Of a stretch of 46,522 nucleotides of DNA, positions 23,620-33,657 are shown piece after piece. How positions within the stretch are numbered: the stretch's first letter is position 1; each line of letters begins with the position of its first letter. Source of the DNA: a virus (Duplodnaviria; Caudoviricetes); the IMG/VR virus record IMGVR_UViG_3300020369_000005, positions 1 to 46,522 of that record; one strand, 5' to 3'. The position numbers and the translations under genes are program-made. The notes beneath the pieces were generated by a model. The model saw only the letters and a list, made by a program, of their open reading frames with translations. It searched no databases and had not been told where the DNA came from.

Positions 23620-26449
23620 TTTTAATCCATCCTAAAGGTTCAGAGTATTGTGATGTACCGGCGAGTACGTAATGCCCGTTATCGTTGAGTGTTAATTCTT
23701 GATAAGGTAAAACATCAAAGTAGCCAGCATCCCCCCAGCCTTGCTCTAAGTTGGTAAAATAAAGACCTTTGTAGATATAGTTCAAATAAAGCATTGAGTC
23801 TTTTTCAACTAAATAATACTGGCATTTATAAGCTATCTGACCTGCAAGAGCATCAAGGACCACCGGCGGGTGTGTTGGCGGCTGGCTTAGCCCATCACTT
23901 GAGAGTAGGTTAATATCAACCCTTAGCCCAAGGCTGACCATGTTATCGGCTTGCTGCCTTATACCATTATTACCGTTACATGCTTGGTTCGTAAAAGAGT
24001 GGCCAAGCTCTCGGCCCGATGAATACGTATTTCCCCTGCTAGTAGCATAGAAAGCTCCCAACCCCTTTGCCCCGCCTAAAATTTCAGCCGTCATCGTGGG
24101 TGTTGTAAGTTTCGCATTGGCTTTGTAGTAGTAGAGGCCAATTCGATTGCTTTGCCAGTTTTCAGACCGCAAGTTTTCAATCGAGTTGATAGATACAGTG
24201 TCTCGTATCCACGATGCTCCATTATTGTCGCTGTATATTCTTACAACTTCTGGCTCTCGGGATATTTTACTTAGTGGATAATTTTGCGCCTGCCCTGAAG
24301 GAACAACGGGTATCCAAGATCCTAACCAGCCATTACTAAACTGAGGTATATCAACTAGATTCTCGGGGTCACAAATAACGTCTAGGTGGGTGTATTCTCC
24401 GGATATGGATGTTATATCAGTTCTTGTCTCCCAAACAATAATTTCATCGTTTACCAAAGTAAGTGGAGCTTGTTCTAAAAACTTAGCCTGATTATCGTCA
24501 ATAGCCGTTATTAACCTGCGCTCCCACACTTGGCTTACAAGATCCTTGAACAATATAGAATCTCCTACCTCTAACGATCTACCTCCATAGTTTCGATTGA
24601 CGTAGTGTTTACTGCCCGATGCGTAAGTATGTCTTGCAATAAAAGTAAAGGGTACTTGCTCAACGCCCCTCGACTTTCCTTGTTTAATGTTAATATCTTT
24701 ATTTTCAGCATCAATAACCGTCACTGGGGTGGCAGGGTAACGTATGTCACGACAAACACCTCCATACCCACTGGCATATATAAGATCATAAAAATGCCCT
24801 TCAGGGTGGGTGTTTTCACTTTCACCTTCCAAAGAGCCACCACTGTTAAGGTTGTCGCTCCTAGAACCACCATCGCTATATGTTATAAAGCAATCTGCCG
24901 TGCTGCTTGCAATACGTATTGGAGATTGTGAGTGCCATTTTACAGCCCAGCTTGTATATTCAGCGGTGCCAAAGCCCGATGTGCCTAATGGATTAAAGCT
25001 TGGGTGGTAAGCGCCTCTATTTAATCTGTTAACGGTTCCACATACAAGGAAGTAAGCATATCCTTCTGAACTTACATCACTTCTTCTTGAAGTAAACACC
25101 CCTTTGCGTGGGTCTGTATTATACTCGCTTTGTGTGTTTGAGTAGTAGTTGCTGCCACCTCCTGTCGCTAAGGCTTCGTTCAGTATGCCTTGCGGTGGTG
25201 TTCTCTGCTCTGTACCTACAGGCTGTTGTCTTAGTGTAAGGCTGGCGGGTTGGTTGGTATCTATCGTATCCCAATCACCATTTCCTACGCCCGCAACGCT
25301 GCGACCTCGAATGCACCACTGATAAAACTTTCCTGTTTCATCATTAAAATAAATATTATTATCAGGGTTGCTCGCAATGGCGATGCGCTCTAGCTCGCTT
25401 GCTGTTTGCCAGTTCACACCCTTACCCACACTTTCCAAGTCACCTTTATACCATGAGAAATAAGTAACAGGGCGTACATTATCCAAAGTAGTTGGCACAC
25501 CATCAATGCTTGTCGCTTGACTTTGAATTAAACCACTGGCGTAGACAAAAGGATCTCCATCGTGTATTTCACGTAAGAATGCTTCAAACCCCCATATATC
25601 TACGCGATTTGTAACAACTTTGTTTGTTTCTGTTTCGCTTGCAAATGCAATGGCGGGGCTTGCATGAGTTGCCGACATTCCTGATTCTTTGTTGTAAGTG
25701 CGTGTACCATCCTCGGCGGGAGGGAATTTTATTCTTGAATAGTTAGCATCACCCAAAGAGGTAATGGGACTCAAAACACCTGTAATATTTATTACTGGAA
25801 AGTCTGCTTTACTTTTCCCTGCTTTATTAGTGCTAGCGCCAACCTGTAAAGTACCATCTAAACCTAAATGTGTGTAAAGACCTTCATTTATTAATTCATA
25901 ATTGTCACTATCAACACGGTGCTTGCCGAAATGAACAAAGCCACTGGCAGCAAATTTTTCGTTATTTGCCGCGCGGCGCGCTTCAAACTCAACCTTACGC
26001 ATCGCCCATGGGAAAGGGTGGTAAGTGTCTAATTGAGCTTGGGCTTCACTTTCAATTTGTTTAAGTGTTTTTACTGTGGTGGTTGTGCCATCAATATTTA
26101 CAAACGTTACGGTGCCTGTTTTTGTTTGCCAATCCTGCATTGCAACAAAGTTATCATTAACCAGTAGGTTTGCATTTTTAAGCGCAGCGGCGGCGGATTT
26201 AAACTCTACAGTAGTTGGTAAAACAATAGCGGGCTGGTTGCTTTTGTTGCCATTACTCCAATTTTTAGACAATTCGATAACGTGCTGAGAATTTGAATTG
26301 ATATAAGTGCGGTTAATACCAACAGGGTCGCTGCCAGTGATAAATAAAAAATCACCTTGGCGTACGGCTTCTGGGCTTTCGCCACTTTCAATAATAACGG
26401 CGTTTGAACCGTTGACGACACTAACTTGCTGGGCGATATATTCTGCCAT
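23609..26449 (-). CDS. Tail fibre / receptor-binding protein
   Basis: 946 aa at the end of the tail operon; N-terminal VSVVNGS.AV attachment module and ...MQDWQT..GTVT motif, then a beta-rich body. Confidence 0.75.
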   Translation of the reverse strand: MAEYIAQQVSVVNGSNAVIIESGESPEAVRQGDFLFITGSDPVGINRTYINSNSQHVIELSKNWSNGNKSNQPAIVLPTTVEFKSAAAALKNANLLVNDNFVAMQDWQTKTGTVTFVNIDGTTTTVKTLKQIESEAQAQLDTYHPFPWAMRKVEFEARRAANNEKFAASGFVHFGKHRVDSDNYELINEGLYTHLGLDGTLQVGASTNKAGKSKADFPVINITGVLSPITSLGDANYSRIKFPPAEDGTRTYNKESGMSATHASPAIAFASETETNKVVTNRVDIWGFEAFLREIHDGDPFVYASGLIQSQATSIDGVPTTLDNVRPVTYFSWYKGDLESVGKGVNWQTASELERIAIASNPDNNIYFNDETGKFYQWCIRGRSVAGVGNGDWDTIDTNQPASLTLRQQPVGTEQRTPPQGILNEALATGGGSNYYSNTQSEYNTDPRKGVFTSRRSDVSSEGYAYFLVCGTVNRLNRGAYHPSFNPLGTSGFGTAEYTSWAVKWHSQSPIRIASSTADCFITYSDGGSRSDNLNSGGSLEGESENTHPEGHFYDLIYASGYGGVCRDIRYPATPVTVIDAENKDINIKQGKSRGVEQVPFTFIARHTYASGSKHYVNRNYGGRSLEVGDSILFKDLVSQVWERRLITAIDDNQAKFLEQAPLTLVNDEIIVWETRTDITSISGEYTHLDVICDPENLVDIPQFSNGWLGSWIPVVPSGQAQNYPLSKISREPEVVRIYSDNNGASWIRDTVSINSIENLRSENWQSNRIGLYYYKANAKLTTPTMTAEILGGAKGLGAFYATSRGNTYSSGRELGHSFTNQACNGNNGIRQQADNMVSLGLRVDINLLSSDGLSQPPTHPPVVLDALAGQIAYKCQYYLVEKDSMLYLNYIYKGLYFTNLEQGWGDAGYFDVLPYQELTLNDNGHYVLAGTSQYSEPLGWIKNAK

Positions 26450-26451
26450 GG

Positions 26452-26832
26452 TTAATCCTCTTTATTAATAACGGGTGGTGGGGATTTTGGGTTATCTGCG
26501 TGGTAGTTCCCATATAGGCAGTGCATAACCTCATGGCCTATGCTTTGGGTTAATACTCCATCGACAATATTCGTGCCTGTTGACTTAATGATAATGTCGC
26601 AACGATTATCGTTGGGAGAGTAAGTTGCCTCACCATTTAAGCCAGGCGCGGGGTGTTTTGCTGCTTTTAAAAAGGCATTTTGGCCCTTGTAAAGCGTGAC
26701 GGTAATCGTTAGCGCCTCGCCCTCGCGGTTAAATTCTCTGTTTACTGGCGTACTGAAACACCCCGTTAAGCACACAGTCAGCAATAAGCAAAGCACGATA
26801 TTTTTTACGTTTTTTAGCGTTTGAGTTTTCAT
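26452..26832 (-). CDS. Lipoprotein with HExxH motif
   Basis: Lipobox LTGC; GHEVMHCLYG; own promoter TTGATT, 17 bp, TATCTT with degenerate operators at 26873-26887 and 26902-26916. Confidence 0.7.
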   Translation of the reverse strand: MKTQTLKNVKNIVLCLLLTVCLTGCFSTPVNREFNREGEALTITVTLYKGQNAFLKAAKHPAPGLNGEATYSPNDNRCDIIIKSTGTNIVDGVLTQSIGHEVMHCLYGNYHADNPKSPPPVINKED

Positions 26833-26917
26833 ATTAAGTTTAATTTATAAGCAATAAGTGCTGTTAAAGATAAACACTTAAAATGTTAAAATCAAATAAT
26901 GATCACTTATTGTGTTT

Positions 26918-29900
26918 TTATGAGTTAAATAAATTCTCCTGCGTTTTTATGCTTATTTGCTGCTGCTTATTAGATAATGACACTGAGCCTATTGTAATGG
27001 CGTAGTTATACGACGCGCTTGCCGTGTTGGTATCTACAGCGGTGGTGCTAAATGAATAGTAGTCGTGTATGGTGTATTCGCCGCCGTCTTGTGGCTCGTA
27101 AGTTACAACGCGTGTAACAACAACCGACCCTGATTTAATGGTTGTGCCATTGCGCGTTATTGCATAGGGCAAAGTGTACGTGCTTGCGCCTGTAGGCACC
27201 GACGAACTGCTGGTAATTGCTGTTCCCGACCCGTCGGTATTAATAGTTATTTCAACCTCATTACCGGCGCTTTGATGGGTGACACTTGCCTCGGTGGTGC
27301 CTTGTGCATATTTAGATTCGAGCATTTGCCCTGAGAAAAAACTCCCTTTTATAAAGCCAGTGGTATTTTTTTTAATAAAAAATATGGCGTTTGAATCTGT
27401 TTTTTCTCCTGAACCAATCCAAATTAAATAGGTACCATCGTCGAAAAACTCCCCACGTATACCTGTACCATTGTCGGTTATTATTTCACCCCCCACAATT
27501 TTAGGGGCTGTCATGGTTGTTCCCGCACGGATCACGTTAGCATCTAATGTATCTTGAATTAATACACTGCCATGCACTTGCAATGCGTAACTTTCCCAAC
27601 TTGCGCCATTAAAGCGTTTAGTGGTTTGCACCGCCGGATCACTGGTTTTGTAAATAGTAACGCGATCATGTGTTACTGGGGCACTGGGTAAGGCGGCATT
27701 GGCTGTTGAGTCGTACCAAATACCGCTAGCGGTTGCCACTTGCACTGAAACTGAGCCACGCGAACCATCAACCCCATTGTTACCATTAATTCCATCGCGG
27801 CCATCGCGGCCATCGTTACCATCGTTGCCTTTAAATCGCGACCATGTGTAATCGGCTGGCTGGTTTGATTCAGTCGCGGTGGTCTTATTAACCGCAATAC
27901 CAATATAAAGCGTATTTTCGTTGGGTGTTTGGTACATGCCCGACCCGCTTGGGTTATTACTATAAGCAATCCATGTGTAGGTTGTTTGGCCATCGGCTCC
28001 TTTTGCACCAGGTATGCCGTCGGTACCATCTTCGCCTTTAACTTTTGACCACTTATAATCTGTCGGGTTTGTTGACTCCGTTGCGGTCGTTTTATTATAA
28101 GCAAAACCGATATACTCTTTATTGGTGGGGGAGTTGCTAAGCCCTGAACCACTGGCGCTGTCGGCGTACTTTACCCATGTGTAGGTTGTTTGGCCATCGG
28201 CTCCTTTTGCACCTGGTATGCCGTCGGCACCATCTTTACCATCAACACCATCTTTACCATCAACACCATCTAGGGCGCGTATGTCGTCTTCGCTGTTAAC
28301 CTCGTAGTTATCACCTAACACCATGCGGCCTTTAAATGTATGTACGGGATTAGTCGGATCGGTGTTATCAACATATATGGTAGGTACAAACGTATCACCC
28401 ACCATAACACCGTGACGTATTACATCGGCAACAAGGTCTAAATTACCTGTTTCGCCATCGTTATAACCCGCCACGCTCACAGCGCGGCCATTGTTATCGA
28501 GCACCCAACCGCCACGGGCCACTAACTCACCGTTTACCTTTTTAAAGACTTGCTTAAGCTCTTTTATGCTGGCTGTGCTTTCGCCGTCGCTAATTTGTAA
28601 GTTAGAAATGTACTCGGCAAGTGGCCCAGCTACCCACGAACCACCATCAGCGACACACACCACCGCGTCACTTTCGCTGGTTATGTCGCCGTTGGCATCT
28701 ACACAATAACCCACGGCTGTGCGGGTGTATTCTTGAGCCATAGCCACCGCTTGGCTTTGTGCTTGTTCAGTGTCGGTATCAATCTTACTGGTTAAGCTTT
28801 GCTCAAGCGTAGTAAAGGCTTGGTTTTGGCTTGCAAATGTTTCTGTTACTTCATCAAAGCTGGCAATGGTATCAGCCACAAACGATTCAAACTCTTGATC
28901 GCGTACGGTGTTGGCTTCGTCAATCGTGGCTATAGCCGTGGTTACATCACTAAATCGGGCGGTTATGGTGTCAAAGGTTGCAAGATAGCGCTCATCACGG
29001 ATAACAGTAGCTTGTTTTTCGTTGGCCACAATTTGATTTAGCACGGTTATTTGGCCGCGGGCTTGTTCAAAAATCGTGGCTAATTCCAGTGATTGGCTTG
29101 CTTGGGCTTCAAGCTCCGTTGTTTTAGCTTGTAACTCACTTTGGGCAATGGATAGTTTTACACCAGCTTGGGTTAACTCGTTATTTTTTAATAGCTGATT
29201 AACCGAATTTATAATGTCGTTTAAATTAGCGTCTTGCAAGTCAAGCTCTAACCCTTGGACTTGCACGACATTTTGGCTAATGGTGCCGTTTAAAGCGTCG
29301 AGCGTTTGATCAACGTTTGATAATTTGGCATCAATTCCATCCTCAGCGGCGTTAAATGCGGTTATTTGGTTTGTTATGTATGCCTCTGCGCCATTAATAA
29401 ATTGTTGGGCGTTGTTGGCTTTTTCAAGTGTGCCGTTTTCATCAAATGTTTGCAGCGTTGCGCTTACTTGGTAAGTGGTATCAAACGCGTTAATGATGGC
29501 ATTGACGTTTGATTGGGTTTGGTAGCCAAGCTGATTTACCCACGTTGTGGTTGCGTATTGCGCCATGACCCCCGTGGCCGCATTAATGTCGGTTTCAAGC
29601 TCAGTTGTACGGGCTGTAATATCGTTTAGCGCTAGATCGTTAGCGCCGCGCTTTCCTACTTCAATAAAGTCAATATCACAAGCCCCTAAATTTAACTCAA
29701 GCGAGGTAATATTACCTGTGTAACCACTTGTGCCAGTGGCATCGACTTGTAAAGTTTGCCAATCAGTATTGTTGGGGGAGGGAACATTAATTAACGCCTC
29801 GCCGTTATTTGCAATTATTTCACCTATCCATTGCTGGCCGCTGTGTAAGCGCACACGCAACCTAAACATGGGGTTTTCGTCTGCGATGTAGTTAATTGAG

Positions 29901-32431
29901 GGTGAATTAATGGCGGCTGTTGCTACGATATACCCTTGGGGATTGTAACTATCAACATTACTAAACCCCTCATTATTACTATTAAACTTCCAGCTATAAG
30001 CAGGCCTTAAAGATTCTATAGCACCCGCTATTTCACTTTGAATTTCAGTAAATGTGGCGCGCTGTGTTATTTGCCCAGCTTGTACCAATAGCATTGCTTC
30101 AGCTTGACTTAAACGTGTATCGCTTTGCGAAATGCGGTTTGCTTGTAGCTCTATACGTGCGTTTACACCGTCAATTAATACGTTAGCCTCGGTAAACGCC
30201 TCGTCTGTATAGGCAAGCGCACGGTTTACAATAGTGCCGTTTTCAGGGTCGATATACACGGCGGCGTCGATTAACCGCTCGTTACCTAATTGGCGCTGTT
30301 CGTAGTTTTGACGCCAATTTGTATAGTTGGCAGATAAATCAAACACCCCTTGTTCAATGTCTGTGCGGGCTTGACGCTCTAAATTTAACTCGTTTACTGT
30401 GCGGTTAAGTACGTCGGGTAAATTGCCCTCAGTATCAGGGCGCAGGCGGTCTACTTGGGTGTTTATATCTTCTATTAGAGTTTGGGCGTCGTCACTTAAT
30501 TTTGTGAGCGGTATGTCGCTAATATGATCAAGTAAGTCGGCCAGTGAGGTTTTAACAGCCACATTTACCCAAGGGCTCACCCCTGATAAATTTTTAGTGC
30601 GCACGTTAAAGCTGTATTCTGTATCTGGCACAAGGCCGGTGTAAATATAGTTATAGCCGCTGGCGGTGTTTGGGGGGGCGATTGGCTCGGCGGTTGGGCC
30701 TAAAAACTGCCATTCAAACGTGGTGCCTAAACTTGCGCCGGTTACACTGGCGCTTAGTGTAATGGTGTTAAATGTGGTGGCGTCAATATTCACGACGGGT
30801 TCGGCTGGGAGCGCGACATTAAACCCAAACGACACCCAACGACTTTTAAACCCAATTTTAGAGGCGGCGCGTACATCTAGTTCGTAGTCGCCCGCATCAA
30901 GCGCGCTGATCACATAAGCGGGCGTAATGGTTGTGGTGGTTTGTATAAGTGCGTTGTTTTTGTATATTTGTATATCAAAGTGGCTGTATTCTGACTCCCA
31001 GGTTATGTTTACATTGCCGTCGTTTAACAATGTGCTGGCAAAGTTTACCGGCTCAGCAACGTCGCGCGGATCGGGTAAACTGGTATCAGGAATAGGCGGG
31101 CGCACTTCGCCACTTAGCCAGTTGTAAATATACGGTTGGTGCTCGCGTAGGTTAAACGTAAATTTACCGTCGGGTAAATCGGTTTTATTAACAAGCCTAA
31201 ACGGTTTATTTACCCAGCCCATTTTTTTATGCGTAATGGGTATTACATCGCCCACGGTGTAACGCAAGCCAATAGGGGCCACGTTTACGGTAAAACTTAA
31301 CGACTCGCGGCTGATCATGGCTAATATGCGCGCCATTTGGCGGGCTTCGTAATAATTGGTACAGCTTGATACTTTAAAACGGTATTCAAGCAGTATGCCG
31401 TTATCTTCGGCTAACCATTGATCTGCCAATTCTGTGTCGGTTGTTGGATCGGGATAAACGGCATCTTGCGCACTAAAGCTTAACTCTTTGTCGATGTATT
31501 CAACAATAACGCGGTTATAGCGCTTACTTTTGCTGCCCTCGTCGTATTTTAATGCGCCGTCGAACTCGTTTTCGCTAAGCCCAAACGGGGTGGGTTCGTC
31601 GTCTTGCTCTATAATTAAGGTTATTTTACCGTTAATTATAGGCGTTAATGCGCGCATAGATTTTGATAAAATTTCGGTGTTATCAAGCACACTTTGGCCC
31701 GTGTCGAGGGCGGCATTACAGGTAAATAATGGCTGGGTTTCGCTGCTGCCTTGGTACACGGGTACTTGGGTGTTTGCAATGCGGCCCGCTAATTTAATCG
31801 CATCAAGATCGTATTCACTGCTTGTTAAGCCTTTACCAAACACGGGGTTGGTTAAGTAATCGAGCGTACAATAGGCGGGGTTTTCGCTGTATTCTGTTAC
31901 GCCGGTTTCTAGGTTTTTAACACGACGCCCTTTAATAATGGCGGTTACATCAGGCACCCCGTTAAAGGGTGCGTCGTCGTCGATACTCCACTCTAAACGC
32001 AAGTACGTACACGCAAGACCATCGAGGCGGTGATCTTTGCTTGCAGGATCAAAACCTGCCTCTTTTAAATGGGTGTCTGAGTATGTGCCAAACCCGTTTT
32101 TGTAACTTCGGGCATGCGCCCAGCGGCCGCCGTCTTTTGCGCTAAATTTTGAATCGGTGATTGAAATATCATTTAATAAAATATCGTCTATTGATTCAAT
32201 GCCACCCTCACACCACACAATAATGATGTGCAATAAGTCGTTTTTAACGTCGTCACCGTCGGCAGGGTTGGTGGTGTTCATAAACACAATGGTGCCCTCA
32301 GTTTTGCGGGTACCATAAATGACTTTAATGTGATTATCTGAGCTGGCTTTGGTTACGTCGGTGCCGGTTTGTTGTTTTTGCTGTTTTTGTTCTGGTATAA
32401 ACCAGCTTACTATTTTTTTTAAAAAGCCCAT
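26918..32431 (-). CDS. Tail tip / host-specificity protein (lambda J-like) with FN3, coiled-coil and collagen-like modules
   Basis: VIYG.R, EG.I..I..I, KGR.V, SENPA...LDYL...FG, YN.V.V.Y motifs; FN3-like segments; long coiled coil; GxDGxDG repeats. Confidence 0.85.
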   Translation of the reverse strand: MGFLKKIVSWFIPEQKQQKQQTGTDVTKASSDNHIKVIYGTRKTEGTIVFMNTTNPADGDDVKNDLLHIIIVWCEGGIESIDDILLNDISITDSKFSAKDGGRWAHARSYKNGFGTYSDTHLKEAGFDPASKDHRLDGLACTYLRLEWSIDDDAPFNGVPDVTAIIKGRRVKNLETGVTEYSENPAYCTLDYLTNPVFGKGLTSSEYDLDAIKLAGRIANTQVPVYQGSSETQPLFTCNAALDTGQSVLDNTEILSKSMRALTPIINGKITLIIEQDDEPTPFGLSENEFDGALKYDEGSKSKRYNRVIVEYIDKELSFSAQDAVYPDPTTDTELADQWLAEDNGILLEYRFKVSSCTNYYEARQMARILAMISRESLSFTVNVAPIGLRYTVGDVIPITHKKMGWVNKPFRLVNKTDLPDGKFTFNLREHQPYIYNWLSGEVRPPIPDTSLPDPRDVAEPVNFASTLLNDGNVNITWESEYSHFDIQIYKNNALIQTTTTITPAYVISALDAGDYELDVRAASKIGFKSRWVSFGFNVALPAEPVVNIDATTFNTITLSASVTGASLGTTFEWQFLGPTAEPIAPPNTASGYNYIYTGLVPDTEYSFNVRTKNLSGVSPWVNVAVKTSLADLLDHISDIPLTKLSDDAQTLIEDINTQVDRLRPDTEGNLPDVLNRTVNELNLERQARTDIEQGVFDLSANYTNWRQNYEQRQLGNERLIDAAVYIDPENGTIVNRALAYTDEAFTEANVLIDGVNARIELQANRISQSDTRLSQAEAMLLVQAGQITQRATFTEIQSEIAGAIESLRPAYSWKFNSNNEGFSNVDSYNPQGYIVATAAINSPSINYIADENPMFRLRVRLHSGQQWIGEIIANNGEALINVPSPNNTDWQTLQVDATGTSGYTGNITSLELNLGACDIDFIEVGKRGANDLALNDITARTTELETDINAATGVMAQYATTTWVNQLGYQTQSNVNAIINAFDTTYQVSATLQTFDENGTLEKANNAQQFINGAEAYITNQITAFNAAEDGIDAKLSNVDQTLDALNGTISQNVVQVQGLELDLQDANLNDIINSVNQLLKNNELTQAGVKLSIAQSELQAKTTELEAQASQSLELATIFEQARGQITVLNQIVANEKQATVIRDERYLATFDTITARFSDVTTAIATIDEANTVRDQEFESFVADTIASFDEVTETFASQNQAFTTLEQSLTSKIDTDTEQAQSQAVAMAQEYTRTAVGYCVDANGDITSESDAVVCVADGGSWVAGPLAEYISNLQISDGESTASIKELKQVFKKVNGELVARGGWVLDNNGRAVSVAGYNDGETGNLDLVADVIRHGVMVGDTFVPTIYVDNTDPTNPVHTFKGRMVLGDNYEVNSEDDIRALDGVDGKDGVDGKDGADGIPGAKGADGQTTYTWVKYADSASGSGLSNSPTNKEYIGFAYNKTTATESTNPTDYKWSKVKGEDGTDGIPGAKGADGQTTYTWIAYSNNPSGSGMYQTPNENTLYIGIAVNKTTATESNQPADYTWSRFKGNDGNDGRDGRDGINGNNGVDGSRGSVSVQVATASGIWYDSTANAALPSAPVTHDRVTIYKTSDPAVQTTKRFNGASWESYALQVHGSVLIQDTLDANVIRAGTTMTAPKIVGGEIITDNGTGIRGEFFDDGTYLIWIGSGEKTDSNAIFFIKKNTTGFIKGSFFSGQMLESKYAQGTTEASVTHQSAGNEVEITINTDGSGTAITSSSSVPTGASTYTLPYAITRNGTTIKSGSVVVTRVVTYEPQDGGEYTIHDYYSFSTTAVDTNTASASYNYAITIGSVSLSNKQQQISIKTQENLFNS
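27971..28237. repeat. 62-bp direct repeats 204 bp apart inside the J-like gene
   Basis: CCATGTGTAGGTTGTTTGGCCATCGGCTCCTTTTGCACCWGGTATGCCGTCGGYACCATCTT at 27971 and 28175 (2 mismatches). Confidence 0.85.
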
Positions 32432-33042
32432 TAGCGCTGCCTTGTTGTGCCGCCACGATTGTTACGGTCTGTATTACTTCCACCACTTAATGGCGAACTG
32501 CCCTCACGACCCCACGGTATGTCGGTGATCACGGTGCCGCTAAATTCAAAGCCCATATCGTTTGGGTAATAAACGTGTTGAGATTTAAGGTTGGTTTTGC
32601 GCCCGCGCGCGGCTTCAAAGTCGGCCCAAATAGACGCGGCTTTTAGGGTCATTTTGCCCTCGTCTTTTTTTTCGGTGCCTGATTTACCAGTGAGTTGCCC
32701 GCGCCATATTTCGGTTTTATATGCTGGTTGGTGGGCGCTGTTAAACCACACTTTGCTTATGGTTACGGGGGCGTTTAACCAATTTGAGGTAAAAAAAAGC
32801 GCCGTTATGGCGCTGTCTACTGTGTTTAGGTCGAGGTTGAGTTCGCCAATTTTGGGGCTTGATTGCTGGGTTATGCTGGCTTTTGCTTGCCAAAACCCCG
32901 CGCGGTATTCAATGCCGCCGTAATGAATGTGCGCACCGGCATTGGTGAGGTGCAAATCGGTTTCAAGCTCGATGGTTAATAGCTGGGCCGTGGTGTGCGG
33001 GCCCGACAATATAGTGACTAACTCGGTGGGTAAATTAATCAT
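32431..33042 (-). CDS. Minor tail / tail tip hub protein
   Basis: Position between the distal-tail-like gene and J; C-terminal Q..YP.D.GFEF...I.WG motif. Confidence 0.7.
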   Translation of the reverse strand: MINLPTELVTILSGPHTTAQLLTIELETDLHLTNAGAHIHYGGIEYRAGFWQAKASITQQSSPKIGELNLDLNTVDSAITALFFTSNWLNAPVTISKVWFNSAHQPAYKTEIWRGQLTGKSGTEKKDEGKMTLKAASIWADFEAARGRKTNLKSQHVYYPNDMGFEFSGTVITDIPWGREGSSPLSGGSNTDRNNRGGTTRQR

Positions 33043-33649
33043 TAATAAACTCCACAAGTTCTATTTTTATGGGTACTTCTTTCCCTTCGCGGGCGCTTAA
33101 TTGTATGTCTTGACTGTCGGATTTTAACCGCATCGTGAATTTAACGGCGGCACCGGCTATGGTGGGGTTATTTTGCGCTACAGCGGTGCGCAAGGGCGGC
33201 GTAAAATACACCGTGCCTTGGCCCGCGCCATTACTGCTAAGCACCTGCGTAACCATGTACACTTTGCTGTGGTTAGTAAATTGTATAAAGTCGCCAGGTA
33301 ATAAAAGACCCGCCTTTGCGCCAGGTAAGTTATACAAGGGGGCGCTTTGGGTGCCTTGGCTTATTGTTTCGCGCAAGCGGGCGTCGCTCATACCTGTACC
33401 CAGCGGTGGGTATGGGTTGGCAAGCAAACACGGGGTAAATTTACCGCCCAGCGCACACATAAATGAAAATAACGCCATTACATCGGTGTATTTTAATTTT
33501 GGGGTGGTCATATCAACCCCCCATTTGTGCATATATCCAATGCGGTTAGCGGTGTCTACGCCGCCTTGGGTGGGGTCGGTTTGTGTTTCGTCAAGGCTGC
33601 GCAGGCGCGCTTGCTGGGGTAATACGTATTGTGCTGGGTAAGTAAGCAT
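33035..33649 (-). CDS. Distal tail (Dit-like) minor tail protein
   Basis: Follows the tape measure gene; L.PGDFIQF.NH.KVYMV...F.PPLR motif. Confidence 0.7.
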   Translation of the reverse strand: MLTYPAQYVLPQQARLRSLDETQTDPTQGGVDTANRIGYMHKWGVDMTTPKLKYTDVMALFSFMCALGGKFTPCLLANPYPPLGTGMSDARLRETISQGTQSAPLYNLPGAKAGLLLPGDFIQFTNHSKVYMVTQVLSSNGAGQGTVYFTPPLRTAVAQNNPTIAGAAVKFTMRLKSDSQDIQLSAREGKEVPIKIELVEFIND

Positions 33650-33657
33650 ACATAGCC

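Noticed and set aside
23609-32431. Diversity-generating retroelement or retron acting on tail genes
   Set aside because: No reverse transcriptase in the genome and no template/variable repeat pair with adenine-specific mismatches was seen.
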